DNA from: Thermoplasmata archaeon
Lineage (GTDB): Archaea > Thermoplasmatota > Thermoplasmata > Lutacidiplasmatales > UBA184
NCBI GenBank assembly: GCA_030037875.1
Contig: JASHPV010000183.1
Coordinates: 1-54,361 of the forward strand
Length of the DNA: 54,361 nt
Reading direction: 5' to 3'
Position numbers and translations under genes: made by a program. The notes under the pieces are model-generated. The model saw only the letters and a program-made list of their open reading frames with translations, was not told the DNA's origin and did not search any database. Within the stretch, counting starts at the first letter, position 1. Each line of letters opens with the position of its first letter. Shown piece by piece: positions 1 through 9,629 of this stretch.

Positions 1-30
1 GGACTCGGCCACGCAAGAGTTTCTGACCGA

Positions 31-198
31 TCAGCTTGTCTTCTTGGCCATTTTCATGACTTCTTCTTTGCTCACCAACTTCTGGTGCATGTCCTTCACG
101 TGCTGCTGCACATGCTGAACGAGTTCGTGTTCTTTCGCACTGATTACCGCGAATCCATCCTCACACTCGACCTTCCACTTCTGCATTGTTGACGCCAT
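31..198 (-). CDS. Small DUF1059-like metal-binding protein (55 aa; not in ORF track)
   Basis: Hand translation MASTMQKWKVECEDGFAVISAKEHELVQHVQQHVKDMHQKLVSKEEVMKMAKKTS*. The C..GF-x-I...EL....HxxxxH pattern resembles DUF1059. Divergent from rpl15e. Confidence 0.7.
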   Translation of the reverse strand: MASTMQKWKVECEDGFAVISAKEHELVQHVQQHVKDMHQKLVSKEEVMKMAKKTS

Positions 199-331
199 AC
201 TCCACACCCTCGCCTTGCGGGCGACGTCCGGCCAAAACCTCGAATTGTCATAAAATCATGGAGGGGAGCCCGAGGGGGCCGGGGCCGGTCGAGGGCCTGG
301 GCCAAATATGGGCCGTGCGCGCTCAGCAGGG

Positions 332-339
332 TTATAAAT
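332..339 (+). promoter_or_regulatory. TATA box of rpl15e
   Basis: TTATAAAT in GC-rich context, 27 nt upstream of the ATG at 367. Confidence 0.6.
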
Positions 340-366
340 GGGGCACAGGTCCCCCGCCGGCTTTCC

Positions 367-981
367 ATGTCCACCTCGTCGTATCGCTACGCGGCTCGCT
401 CGTTCCGAGCGACCCAAGGCCCGGAAGGAGCCCCGCTTCGGCATGAGCGCCTCCTGACCTGGCGACAGGAGACGACGGTTAACCGGCTCGAACATCCCAC
501 CCGGTTGGACCGGGCGCGGGCGCTCGGGTGGCGGGCCAAAGAGGGGTTCATCGTGGTTCGCGTCCGAGTCCGTCGGGGGGGCCAACGGAAACGAGCCATC
601 ATCGCGGGACGTCGGCCCAAGCACAAGGGAATCCTACGAATGACCCTTGCCAAGAGCCTGCAGCGGATCTCCGAGGAACGAGCGCAGAAACATTACCCGA
701 ATCTCGAAGTTCTCAATTCCTATTGGGTCGGCGAAGACGGGAAGCAGAAGTTCTTCGAGGTCATCCTCGTGGACCCCCATCATCCCGTCATTTTGGCCGA
801 CCCCAAGATCGCCTGGATTGCGTCACCGGCGCAGCGCGGACGGGTTTTCCGCGGGCTTACGAGTGCGGGATCCAAGGGACGGGGGCTCCGTCGAAAGGGC
901 AAGGGTGCCGAGCGAATGCGCCCTTCGCGGACGCAGAACCGGCGCGACGTCCGGCGGACCCAGGTAAAAGTCATCCCGTGA
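367..981 (+). CDS. rpl15e: 50S ribosomal protein L15e
   Basis: PTRLDRARALG, RVRVRRGG, LEVLNSYWVGEDG, FEVILVDP, RGLTSAG signatures. Confidence 0.97.
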   Translation: MSTSSYRYAARSFRATQGPEGAPLRHERLLTWRQETTVNRLEHPTRLDRARALGWRAKEGFIVVRVRVRRGGQRKRAIIAGRRPKHKGILRMTLAKSLQRISEERAQKHYPNLEVLNSYWVGEDGKQKFFEVILVDPHHPVILADPKIAWIASPAQRGRVFRGLTSAGSKGRGLRRKGKGAERMRPSRTQNRRDVRRTQVKVIP

Positions 982-1009
982 ACCGGGGGAAATGGCCCGG
1001 AGTTCCAGG

Positions 1010-1450
1010 TTACTCGCCGGGCTTCCGAAGCCAATGGTCCAGGGGGGCCCCTGCCCGTTCGGCCGACCGTTGAGCCCACCCGGCGAGTCCTTCCACATGG
1101 GCGACCTCCCCACGGAGCACTCTGGCCAACCGTCGTCGGAATTCCGCGTCGATCAGGATCCCCTCGGCGGCCAGTAATTCCGTCAACCGGTGGGCCAGAT
1201 GTCCGCCTTCACGGTCCCAGTCGGTGAGCACGACGACGTGTTGGCCGGGTTTCGAGAGAGTTTGGGTCAGTTGACTGAACCCCCGACCGGAATGGAACAG
1301 TACAACTCGCCCTGTCACCCCTAGTCGTTGGAGAGAGCGACGATCTCGTTCTCCTTCCACGACAACGACGGTGGCCCCATCCTCGGTTACGGCGAGGAAA
1401 TCCAGCCACAGTTTCAGAAAGTTCTCCCAAGCCTCGGGACGACGTTCCAT
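1010..1450 (-). CDS. Small TOPRIM-domain protein (primase-like/RNase M5-like)
   Basis: VVVEGERD and LTDWDREG (E and DxD TOPRIM motifs), C-terminal VEGL. Confidence 0.85.
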   Translation of the reverse strand: MERRPEAWENFLKLWLDFLAVTEDGATVVVVEGERDRRSLQRLGVTGRVVLFHSGRGFSQLTQTLSKPGQHVVVLTDWDREGGHLAHRLTELLAAEGILIDAEFRRRLARVLRGEVAHVEGLAGWAQRSAERAGAPLDHWLRKPGE

Positions 1451-1548
1451 CTGATGAGCTCCGAGTAAATCCCGCCCTGGCCAGGGGTATCAACTGCCGC
1501 GGACAGCGCGAAGAACTAAAGCCTCCGCCCTTTCCTCGCTCAAGACCG

Positions 1549-2214
1549 ATGGCGGACTACTACACCAAGCTCCTGGAGTTGCGTCGAGCCGAAGGCTCCG
1601 CCCACGGACTCTCGAAGATACCGGTCGACTTCTACCCTCAGACCCGGGCGTATCTCTCCGAGCTCAAGTCGACGTTCGAGACGGAGTTGCGCGAGAATCC
1701 TTCGGGCCGAAAGGGAGAGTTGGCTCGCCAGACCCATCAGCGGGCCGTCCAGACCGCGAGAGATGTGGTGGAGGCCCGCATGATGAAGATCCTCACCGCC
1801 GCGCTCCAGGCTAGTCTCGGGGGGTCACGGGACTTGCCCAACGCGCTGCCCGAGGAACGCGTTCTTCACGAGTCGCTGCTCGGCTACCTTCGCCAGCACC
1901 GGTCGGAGGTCGCTCCGTATCTCGAACCGACCGGGCCGCCCCCGGCGGCCCCAAAGCGCACGCCGTCGACGGCGTCGCGGAACCTCCCAGGCGAGCCCGC
2001 GCCGCCGCGCGCGGCGGCCCCTGCCTCCGTCGGCGGGGCAGAGACGCAGATCCTCCGCGTACTGAAGGACACTCCCAAGGTCGCTCTGGGGACGGAAACC
2101 ATCGAGCTGCGGCAGGACGACGTGGTCTCGCTCCCGGCGGATGTTGCACGTCTCCTGCTCGAGAATCGTATTGTCGAAGCGGTAGAGGTCCGCGAGAAAT
2201 TCTCTCCGGCTTAG
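1549..2214 (+). CDS. DNA replication GINS family protein (Gins51-like)
   Basis: Helical A domain (LSKIPVDFY...RMMKIL...LPEE), Pro-rich linker, C-terminal B domain (LRVLKD...LRQDDVVSLP..A.LL). Confidence 0.75.
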   Translation: MADYYTKLLELRRAEGSAHGLSKIPVDFYPQTRAYLSELKSTFETELRENPSGRKGELARQTHQRAVQTARDVVEARMMKILTAALQASLGGSRDLPNALPEERVLHESLLGYLRQHRSEVAPYLEPTGPPPAAPKRTPSTASRNLPGEPAPPRAAAPASVGGAETQILRVLKDTPKVALGTETIELRQDDVVSLPADVARLLLENRIVEAVEVREKFSPA

Positions 2215-3356
2215 ACTGAAGCGCCGGGCGGCGAAAGTTCCAGGACTTTGAACGACTCGAATCCGAAAAGGAAACTCTTCTGCGCCAACCGAAGTTTCAC
2301 GGACTCCACGGAGTCGGCGCCGACTTCGAGCTGGGACCGGACGTCGTCTACCCCCCACGATACCAAGGCTTCCGAAAGGGGGCCGTAGTACGTTTCCTCG
2401 AGACCGGACGCTTTGGCCGCCCGCCGGACTCGAGTGAAATTTACCCAGGCACTGATGTCCGCGGTCCCGGGCCGCGACAGGGGATCGACCGGGCGATGGG
2501 CCCGGATCGCCTCCAGCGTGCCGCTCCTGCCCCGGGAGATGAGGGCCTCTTCCTCGACGCCGAAGTCGATGAGCACGGCCCGGCCACCGGCGAGATGATC
2601 CGCCAGCTCCCGAATCCAGGCCTCCATGGCGCCGGAAATCTCGAGCACGGTCCCCGGGGGAGCGCTCCCAGGAAGGTCCCCCGGCAGTTCGCTCGAGGCG
2701 GGCGCCCGCGTCTCGGCCTGGAGTGGGCCCTCCGCTGGAACGATGACTCCCACCTCCGACCAACCTCGGTCCGTCCTCACCAGCCGCCGAAAGGGGAACG
2801 CATCCAGCAGTTCGTTGGCGAGGAGTATCCCACGGAGTGGTTCCAGCGAACCTAGCGACGGAGCGAAGCGCCAAGGGACCTGTCCCGGCTCGGTCCGACC
2901 AAGGCGATTTTGGATGGCGGTCCGGAGCGAGGCCGACCGTTCGACCAACACGTACTCCCAACCCGCGAACTCGGTCGACCCACGAGGGAGCGCGGTCCGG
3001 ATGTCCGCGGCCAGAGTGCCGTCGCCGGGCCCCACTTCGACGATCGGAAATCGGGAGGGGGATCCTTCCGCGCGTCGAATCTGACGGAAGTGGGCGGCCA
3101 GCGTCGCGCCGAACAGGCCATGGACGTGAGCGGCGGTATAGAAGTCGCCTTCCCGCCCGAGTCGAGTCGACGCTCGGTCGTAGAACCCTCGACCGGGGTC
3201 GTAGAGAGAGATTTCCATGAAGCGGTCGAACGGTAGAAACCCGTCCCCATCCGCCGCGCCGCGTAGTCGGCGCCTAAGTACCGGGTCGACCGACCGGTCC
3301 CTGCCCGAGTCGGAAGGAATCGGGACGCGGGGCGACCCAGAATCGTCCGGCCCCAT
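2211..3356 (-). CDS. SAM-dependent methyltransferase, MidA/NDUFAF7 family
   Basis: FDRFM..LY.P..GFY, GDFYTA, VEVGPGDG, ANELLDAFP, IDFG, DISAWVNF. Confidence 0.9.
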   Translation of the reverse strand: MGPDDSGSPRVPIPSDSGRDRSVDPVLRRRLRGAADGDGFLPFDRFMEISLYDPGRGFYDRASTRLGREGDFYTAAHVHGLFGATLAAHFRQIRRAEGSPSRFPIVEVGPGDGTLAADIRTALPRGSTEFAGWEYVLVERSASLRTAIQNRLGRTEPGQVPWRFAPSLGSLEPLRGILLANELLDAFPFRRLVRTDRGWSEVGVIVPAEGPLQAETRAPASSELPGDLPGSAPPGTVLEISGAMEAWIRELADHLAGGRAVLIDFGVEEEALISRGRSGTLEAIRAHRPVDPLSRPGTADISAWVNFTRVRRAAKASGLEETYYGPLSEALVSWGVDDVRSQLEVGADSVESVKLRLAQKSFLFGFESFKVLELSPPGASV

Positions 3357-3386
3357 GGTCCACGTGGGGGGAACAGTCCAGCCCGG

Positions 3387-4166
3387 TCAGCCGATGTAGC
3401 CCAGGTCTTCCCGAGCCTGGGCGGGCGTTTCAGCTCCGCGAGTCGGAGTCTCGGCCTCGCGGAACTTCTGGGCGATCCGGTCGATCTCCTTCGCCTTGTG
3501 CTCCAGTTCGGTGAAGTCGATCGTGAGGTTGAGCACCTTGCTCAGGACGCGCAGTACCGCTTCCGCACTCCGGGGGTCGACGAAGTACCCCGAGGTCTCT
3601 CCCATCAAACACACGCCCTCCATCCCGTAGACGCGGCCAAGCCCCAGGAAAAGCCCACTCGCTCCGATGAGGCCCCCACCCGGGTCGGTGCGGGAGAAAA
3701 CGACGCCGAACTTCTTCATCGCTTCGACGCGGGCCTCGGAGGTCGCCGCTCCCAGCACGCGAGGACCCTCCACGAGGTGACCCTGAGCGAAGCCGGCAAG
3801 GGTGTAGACCTCGCGAACGCCCATTTGACTTGCCAAAGCGAGGACGCGATCGGTGAGTTCGTACTGACCTTCCGGGGTGATGCCCTGATAATCGCCCCCC
3901 AGGAGAATCAAATCGCGCTGAGCCGGGCCGGCGGCGCGCACGTACGAGAGATCATTGGAAACCAGGCGGATCAGGCCCTCCTCGCTGACGTAGACCTGGG
4001 GTGGGAAGAACTTGGAATGGATCCAGCCGAAGGAGGTGGCATTCAGCTTCTCCTTGAGGTAGTCGATCGCGAGCTTTCCGACGTTCCCCACGCCGGGTAG
4101 GCCCTCGATCAATACGGGGTCCTGGAGCTTCACCTGCTCGGTGATGCGGATGAGTACGTCCTCCAT
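3387..4166 (-). CDS. Proteasome assembly chaperone (PAC2) family protein
   Basis: IEGLPGVGNVGK, FPPQV, GASGL.LG, CLMGETSGY.VDP. Confidence 0.92.
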   Translation of the reverse strand: MEDVLIRITEQVKLQDPVLIEGLPGVGNVGKLAIDYLKEKLNATSFGWIHSKFFPPQVYVSEEGLIRLVSNDLSYVRAAGPAQRDLILLGGDYQGITPEGQYELTDRVLALASQMGVREVYTLAGFAQGHLVEGPRVLGAATSEARVEAMKKFGVVFSRTDPGGGLIGASGLFLGLGRVYGMEGVCLMGETSGYFVDPRSAEAVLRVLSKVLNLTIDFTELEHKAKEIDRIAQKFREAETPTRGAETPAQAREDLGYIG

Positions 4167-4246
4167 GGTGCCCTCTTTCGATGGAGCGGGGAACGATAGA
4201 TAACGGTTCGGTTACCGGAGGGTCCGGGAAGAGTGAGGTCTCCGAG

Positions 4247-4996
4247 TCAGGGAGCAACGTGGAAGCCCGTGTCATCGATGGTCAACCGACGGATCTGGGT
4301 GCGCTCGGGGTGATTCCGGAGCTTCCGGACCTCGAGCGTGTGTTCGAAAGTGGCCCCGTTGGGGTCGGAGCGCAAGGTGATGCCGAGGTCCGCGACGTCC
4401 TCGAGCATCGCACTGGACTTGTTGTCGAGCGACGCCTGCTGCACCGTTACCATCGCCTTGCCTCCCAGGAGTTGGGTCCGGGAGCGAATCTGCCGGACCA
4501 GGTTGACCACCTCGGACACTTCGAGCAGCTCGAGGAGAAAGTCGAGCGAGTCCAGGACCAAACGGAACGGCGCATCGAGGCCCGCGAGGTCGTTCAGGAA
4601 CCGGTTCACTAGACTGTAGGGTCCGACGGAGACCTCCGCCCGGCGAGCGTTCCGGAGGTCGTCCAACCGGAGCCCCCGTTCCCGGATCCTAGAGACCTCG
4701 AGCTGGGGCTCCAGTACGCGCTGGTAGTAATCATCGGAAAGGTTCCCGAAGCGGATCGGCTCCGGATCCCAGTGAAAGGAGCGGAACGCGTCCTGCGAAT
4801 CGATCGTACGTTCGGCGGTAGTGTAGTAGAACACGGGCGTCGAGCCGACCCCGGCTTGGGCGAACTGTTTCGCCAGGAGGTGGGAGCCGGACCCAGGCGT
4901 GCCGATAACCACGATGAGGCAGCCGGGAGGCAGGTAAGGAGAGAGGGCGGCGTCGATATCGGGAATGCCCATGAGCGGCTCGTCCCCGGTCGTCAC
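4247..4996 (-). CDS. RAD55/KaiC-like ATPase-fold protein with degenerate Walker A
   Basis: GIPDID, GTPGSGSH (Lys lost), LVLDSL Walker B, VRKLRN motif. Confidence 0.8.
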   Translation of the reverse strand: MTTGDEPLMGIPDIDAALSPYLPPGCLIVVIGTPGSGSHLLAKQFAQAGVGSTPVFYYTTAERTIDSQDAFRSFHWDPEPIRFGNLSDDYYQRVLEPQLEVSRIRERGLRLDDLRNARRAEVSVGPYSLVNRFLNDLAGLDAPFRLVLDSLDFLLELLEVSEVVNLVRQIRSRTQLLGGKAMVTVQQASLDNKSSAMLEDVADLGITLRSDPNGATFEHTLEVRKLRNHPERTQIRRLTIDDTGFHVAP

Positions 4997-5577
4997 GAGC
5001 TGCCCCCGAGCGTGAACGATTCGTCGACCACGAGGGCGAGGATCCGGTCGAGCTCGGTTCCCTCGGTCTCCGAGGTGGAGAACAGGACGGTGAGCACCGA
5101 TCGCGTCTTCAGGTTGTTCACGAGGATATGGAAGAACTCCGACAGGACCTCCGGGGCGTTGTGGACGGCCAGGGAATTCACCGAGTCAATGATGACCATG
5201 TTGCGCTGGCTAGGGTGCCTCCGGAGCAGGTACTCGATCCGAAGCATGATCCCCTCGAGCATGGTGGGGCTCTCCACGTACGAGGCGTTGGGCAGGGTGT
5301 CCTGGTAGCTCATCATCAGGTGAGAAATGGCGTCCACGAAGGAGAGCCGGGTGGAGGGGATGTCGAGCGCCTGCAGCAGACTCCAGACGAGCGAAGCGGG
5401 ATTCGTCACCGAGACGTAAATCGTGTGCGAGTTCGTCTCGCCCCCGAGGTCACGGACCGTGAGGCCGAGCGCCGCCAGATAATTGTCCGCGTAATCCCGC
5501 GCGCCCAGTCGGAGGGCCACCGTCCCACCGCTGGTGAACGACCGCAGCCGGTCGGCTATCTCGGATTCGCGGGCCAT
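4993..5577 (-). CDS. Inactive RecA/KaiC-fold protein (DUF7504/DUF835-like)
   Basis: IYVSVTNP, FVDAIS, VIIDSVNSL..HN; no Walker A; 4-nt overlap with the downstream gene. Confidence 0.7.
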   Translation of the reverse strand: MARESEIADRLRSFTSGGTVALRLGARDYADNYLAALGLTVRDLGGETNSHTIYVSVTNPASLVWSLLQALDIPSTRLSFVDAISHLMMSYQDTLPNASYVESPTMLEGIMLRIEYLLRRHPSQRNMVIIDSVNSLAVHNAPEVLSEFFHILVNNLKTRSVLTVLFSTSETEGTELDRILALVVDESFTLGGSS

Positions 5578-5581
5578 GAGC

Positions 5582-6370
5582 CTAGGCAGTCTCCAATCGG
5601 CCGCCTTTGAGGAACGGCGCCATGAGCAGGCCGATCGGCGTGAGCTCGATGACGTACTGGGCCCGCGAGTGAACGGTTCCCCGCATCTTGATGATCTGCA
5701 GCACGCGCAGCATGTCGCCCCGGCGACGAACGTTCGAGAGCATCACGACCCCGTCGACAATCGCTTCTTCCACCCCATACAGCGAGTGGACGCCCGGTAC
5801 CGCCCCCACCTCGGCGACCATCAACGACGTGGTGCCGAGCTCCGAGAACGCCTGGGCCAACTTGAGGATGAAATCTCGGGCCTTCTCCTCGCTCCGAACC
5901 CGGAACCCCACCGAGGTTAGGGAATCCACGACGACGCGCCGGGCCCCGCTCTCCCGGACAAGGTCTTGAATCGTGCGAACCAGGATGTCCACCTCACCGG
6001 GCTTGAGTTCCTCTCGGTTGAGACCGAGACGGTCGTAGACTATCGGGAGGTCCACGATGGTGACCAGGTTGTTGTTCACGAGATCGGTGTGGAAGAACTC
6101 GAAGGTGCTGAAGTTCTGCATGAGTTTGGCCGACGCTTCGGTCACAGAGATGAAGAGTCCCTTCTCGCCCCGTTCCGCGCCCCGGACGAGGAACTCGAGG
6201 CAGAGCGTCGTCTTGCCCGTGCCGACACCCCCGGCCACGAGCACCATGTTCGCGCGCGGGATTCCACCCCCGAGAATGTTGTCGAGGCCCTCGATACCAG
6301 TGACACATCGGTCCGCCAGTGCGTCTGTGGAGGGAGTCGTCGCCGGCGGGCCGGGGCGTGTTCCGCTCAC
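5582..6370 (-). CDS. Single-domain KaiC-like ATPase
   Basis: TGIEGLD..LGGG.P, Walker A GGVGTGKT, VVVDSL, IIKMRGT.HS. Start placed at GTG 6370, just downstream of an AT-rich TTTTAG element at ~6393-6398. Confidence 0.9.
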   Translation of the reverse strand: MSGTRPGPPATTPSTDALADRCVTGIEGLDNILGGGIPRANMVLVAGGVGTGKTTLCLEFLVRGAERGEKGLFISVTEASAKLMQNFSTFEFFHTDLVNNNLVTIVDLPIVYDRLGLNREELKPGEVDILVRTIQDLVRESGARRVVVDSLTSVGFRVRSEEKARDFILKLAQAFSELGTTSLMVAEVGAVPGVHSLYGVEEAIVDGVVMLSNVRRRGDMLRVLQIIKMRGTVHSRAQYVIELTPIGLLMAPFLKGGRLETA

Positions 6371-6577
6371 GAGGGCGGGAGCCGGGGCTATGCTAAAATG
6401 CTTACCGCCGTGGATTTCTCCGGTCCTGCTCGCCGGCCGTCCGGGACCCAAGCGGGCCCGGTGGTCCCGGCAAATCCCACGGGCTCCCGAGTGAACTGTA
6501 GCGGGTTTGGGCGACCGGTTCCGGATTCCGGGCGATTCGGAAGAATACGGTGGGAACGGATAACCGCCACCGCCGGG

Positions 6578-8116
6578 CTATGGGCTCGAAGGCGGCCCGC
6601 GGGGAGACGGGTTCCACATGAAGCATTGGGAACAGCGCAACGGCCCACCCGCACCCATGAGATCATGGAAGCAATCCGTGCAGAAGGGGCGACCGCAGTC
6701 CACGCATCCCGACAACCCCGAGGCGGTCCCGACCCGCCGGTTGCACCGTACGCACGCGACGGGGCCGGCCGCGGTACTCGTGCCGGTCTCCGGCGAACGG
6801 GGGAGACCCTGATTCGGAACCGGCTCAGAGGAAAGTAGGGCGGGGGCCGGGATTTCGCTGGGGGGAGCTTGCGTGTCGGTGAGCAACTCCGGTCGCCCCT
6901 CGGTGGAAACCACTGGTCCTAGAACGGTTTCAAGGGGTTCCGCCGAGGGTGAGGGCGGTTCCGGGGCCGTTCCTTTGTACTCGTCGGGCGCGGATTCCAC
7001 CGGGTCAGGGGCGGGGAGGCTCGAGGACGGAGGTATGTCGGAGATCACAGGTCGCGCCTCCCCTGGTACGTCTGGTGGCAAGTCAGATCGGCCGAGGCGT
7101 AGCGCGCGAGCGGACATCCGCGCCGCGAGTGAGCGAATGGGAGACTCGACTGGCGGAGCGGCGCTCACCGAGGTCGAGCCAAAGGGACTCGGTTCGGTGG
7201 TGCTCTCTGCGGCGACCGTGCTAGTCGGTCCGGTTGGCTTGAGAGAAACGGCTTGTATCAGGCGCTGCCACGACGGTCGGGTATCTCGGTTATCGGTCGG
7301 AACCTCCGGCGGCGGGGGATTCTCCTCCGGCGTCGCCTGACTAACGGACCCCACTTCGGGGGTGGGCGAAGCGTTCAACGGGAGATCTTCGACCGGCCTT
7401 TCAGACACTGAGATGGTGGGCTCCAACACCGGAGCGGAATCGGGTGATTCGACCACCACCGGCTGAACCGATTCGGGAATCGCGCCGGAGATTTCGGCCG
7501 GCATTGACGGAGCAGGGTGACTCTCCGAAGCAACAAGGTCGGGAGTGGTGGGGGTATTCGATTCGGCTACATCGTCAACGGGTTCCGGAGCGGAATCCCC
7601 TATCGCCCGAGGTGGCTCTTGGGATTGCGCACCAGGTCCTCCGATATCGCGCCAAGAGCCAGGGATGTCGATCGGGAGGGGTGCTCCAGCAGTATCGGTG
7701 GCTCCGGCGAGAGTTACTGGTGTCGATGGCTGGGATGTGAACGGCTCCGGCCCGATTCGCACATCGATCAGGGTGGGTGTCCTCGGGGGGAGCGCCACGT
7801 CGTGTGCGGCGACGGGCAGATCGTGGTTCAGGGGAGTGACTGGAGAGTAAGTCTGACGCGCCGGCAGGATGAAGATGCCCCCGGCAGAGATCAGGCCCAT
7901 CCCCGCGAAGAGCGGCCAGAGCGGAAAGTGGTGGTCGGCCCCCAAGGTCAACCTCAGAACCCCGGATGCTGCGGCCGCGCCGAGAAGAAGCACTGTGAGT
8001 GCGATCAAAGGAGCGCTCCCGACCACTTTCTCCTTCACCGATTCAGCCGCTCGAGGCGTCGGGTCGGGCGGGGCCGGAGCGTCCTGGAACGTAGCGCGGT
8101 GGAACTCAGCTGACAT
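6578..8116 (-). CDS. Membrane-anchored Pro/Ser/Glu-rich protein with C-terminal Cys8 zinc finger
   Basis: Two N-terminal hydrophobic helices, ~350 aa low-complexity linker, CxxC-x12-CxxC-x4-CxxC-x12-CxxC. Confidence 0.75.
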   Translation of the reverse strand: MSAEFHRATFQDAPAPPDPTPRAAESVKEKVVGSAPLIALTVLLLGAAAASGVLRLTLGADHHFPLWPLFAGMGLISAGGIFILPARQTYSPVTPLNHDLPVAAHDVALPPRTPTLIDVRIGPEPFTSQPSTPVTLAGATDTAGAPLPIDIPGSWRDIGGPGAQSQEPPRAIGDSAPEPVDDVAESNTPTTPDLVASESHPAPSMPAEISGAIPESVQPVVVESPDSAPVLEPTISVSERPVEDLPLNASPTPEVGSVSQATPEENPPPPEVPTDNRDTRPSWQRLIQAVSLKPTGPTSTVAAESTTEPSPFGSTSVSAAPPVESPIRSLAARMSARALRLGRSDLPPDVPGEARPVISDIPPSSSLPAPDPVESAPDEYKGTAPEPPSPSAEPLETVLGPVVSTEGRPELLTDTQAPPSEIPAPALLSSEPVPNQGLPRSPETGTSTAAGPVACVRCNRRVGTASGLSGCVDCGRPFCTDCFHDLMGAGGPLRCSQCFMWNPSPRGPPSSP

Positions 8117-8223
8117 CGGATTCCTTCGCCCGGCCCCGAACGTCGGCCAACGCCGCTAGTCGAACAAGCCCTGGAAGCGGTTGGTCAGGGGCTGGCACGG
8201 CACCCCTCGAGGATGGATTTCCC

Positions 8224-8781
8224 CTATGGGCAAGTCCCCACAGCGCTACACTGCAGCCAGATCGCTTGGACACTGTTGATGATCGGGCCTGTGCTGCCGG
8301 CTCCGACGTCGTAGTAGAAGGTGAACACGACATTGGCCCCTGGCGAGGTGGCTTGGGTCTCCACGTAGGTAGTAACGGTCGTGATCGCGCCGCCCGCGCC
8401 GGTCGAGATGGTGAAGCTCAGCTCCAACTCGGAACTGGCAGTAGCCCCGGCGGCCTCTGTGAACTTCCAGAACTGCCCGACGTCGCCGGCCGTGACCGCA
8501 TTGACTGCGTAGGATGCCGCGCCTGCCGTGAATACCTGAGGCGCAGCCGCGGTGCTTCCAGTGATACTGGTCGTTCCGGCGGGAACGGTGGCGACCCCGA
8601 CACTGGTCTCACTCCACCACGCGGGGTTGGCTGTTGCGCCATTGGACACGCCCCCGCCGTTCTCTCCACTCCCATTGGTCACGGTCAAACTCGCGGCCAC
8701 GGCATACCCGGCTCCAAAGACGACCATGAGCAGGGCGATGAACACATAGGCCGTCCGTCGGTCAATTCCAATCTTCGTCAA
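8224..8781 (-). CDS. Secreted beta-rich protein, paralog 1 (candidate filament subunit)
   Basis: Start TTG 8781 after GGAGTGA SD. Signal peptide RRTAYVFIALL...AVAA. Shares YVETQ, WxFxE and the C-terminal Cys pair with two neighbours. Confidence 0.75.
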   Translation of the reverse strand: MTKIGIDRRTAYVFIALLMVVFGAGYAVAASLTVTNGSGENGGGVSNGATANPAWWSETSVGVATVPAGTTSITGSTAAAPQVFTAGAASYAVNAVTAGDVGQFWKFTEAAGATASSELELSFTISTGAGGAITTVTTYVETQATSPGANVVFTFYYDVGAGSTGPIINSVQAIWLQCSAVGTCP

Positions 8782-8901
8782 GGTCTCACTCCACCCGGTG
8801 GATACGCGTATTCCCGGGTCCGTGTATAAGAAACCGCGGGTGCGCATAGCGCCATATTAATACGCATTGCGGTCCGCCGACTTCGGGAGATCCCCCGCGG
8901 A

Positions 8902-8925
8902 CCGCCCCCGGTCGTCCGGGGGCGG
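8902..8925. repeat. Perfect 10-bp inverted repeat (intergenic hairpin)
   Basis: CCGCCCCCGG-TCGT-CCGGGGGCGG. Confidence 0.55.
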
Positions 8926-9014
8926 GATCGCTACCGGTTTCCGGACGGACGAAGGCTGGGACGACGCCGGTCCCTGTTACGGGCCGGGTCCGGACACTTC
9001 CGGTGCGCAGAACG

Positions 9015-9629
9015 TTAGGGGCAAGTACCTACTGCGGTGCACTGCTGGGACACTTGCGTGAAGGCCTGGACTGCGACCGAAGCCGGGGCTCCGGTCCCGG
9101 CATCGTAGAAGAACTGGAACACAATCGGGTTCGCGGGCGCCGTGCCTTGCGTTTCCACATAGACCGTGACCGTGTTCGTTGCACCGGTGATGCCGTAGGC
9201 AATCGTGAAGATGATCTCAAGCTCCGTGTTCACCGGGGCCGCGGTTCCTTCGGTAAAGTTCCAGCGCACCGCGAGGTGACCGGCGGTAGCCGGGTTGATC
9301 CGGTAGCTTGCCGCAGCGTGAAGAACCGTGGGAAATCGGGCGGCCCCACTCACGAAGCCTGGCAACGGCGCGTGCATGGTGTCCGCGAACGTGCCGTCGA
9401 GAGTCCAATAGGTGAGACTGGTGCTTCCCTCGTATCCCCCGCTTGCCTGCTCAGTCGTCCCGGCGGTGATGACAAGAGCCGCGACCACCCCGCCCGCAGT
9501 CGCCAACACCACCAAAACCACTGCGAACAGCATCGAGATGCGAGGGAGGGCACGGTTTCTAGCACCCCGTGGGAGCGCTCGTCGCCGCAGCGGACCTTCC
9601 GGGACATCCGCCTCCTGTTCGGTCAGCAT
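9015..9629 (-). CDS. Secreted beta-rich protein, paralog 2
   Basis: Hydrophobic signal ending VVAA; WNFTE, YVETQ, QCTAVGTCP. Confidence 0.75.
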   Translation of the reverse strand: MLTEQEADVPEGPLRRRALPRGARNRALPRISMLFAVVLVVLATAGGVVAALVITAGTTEQASGGYEGSTSLTYWTLDGTFADTMHAPLPGFVSGAARFPTVLHAAASYRINPATAGHLAVRWNFTEGTAAPVNTELEIIFTIAYGITGATNTVTVYVETQGTAPANPIVFQFFYDAGTGAPASVAVQAFTQVSQQCTAVGTCP

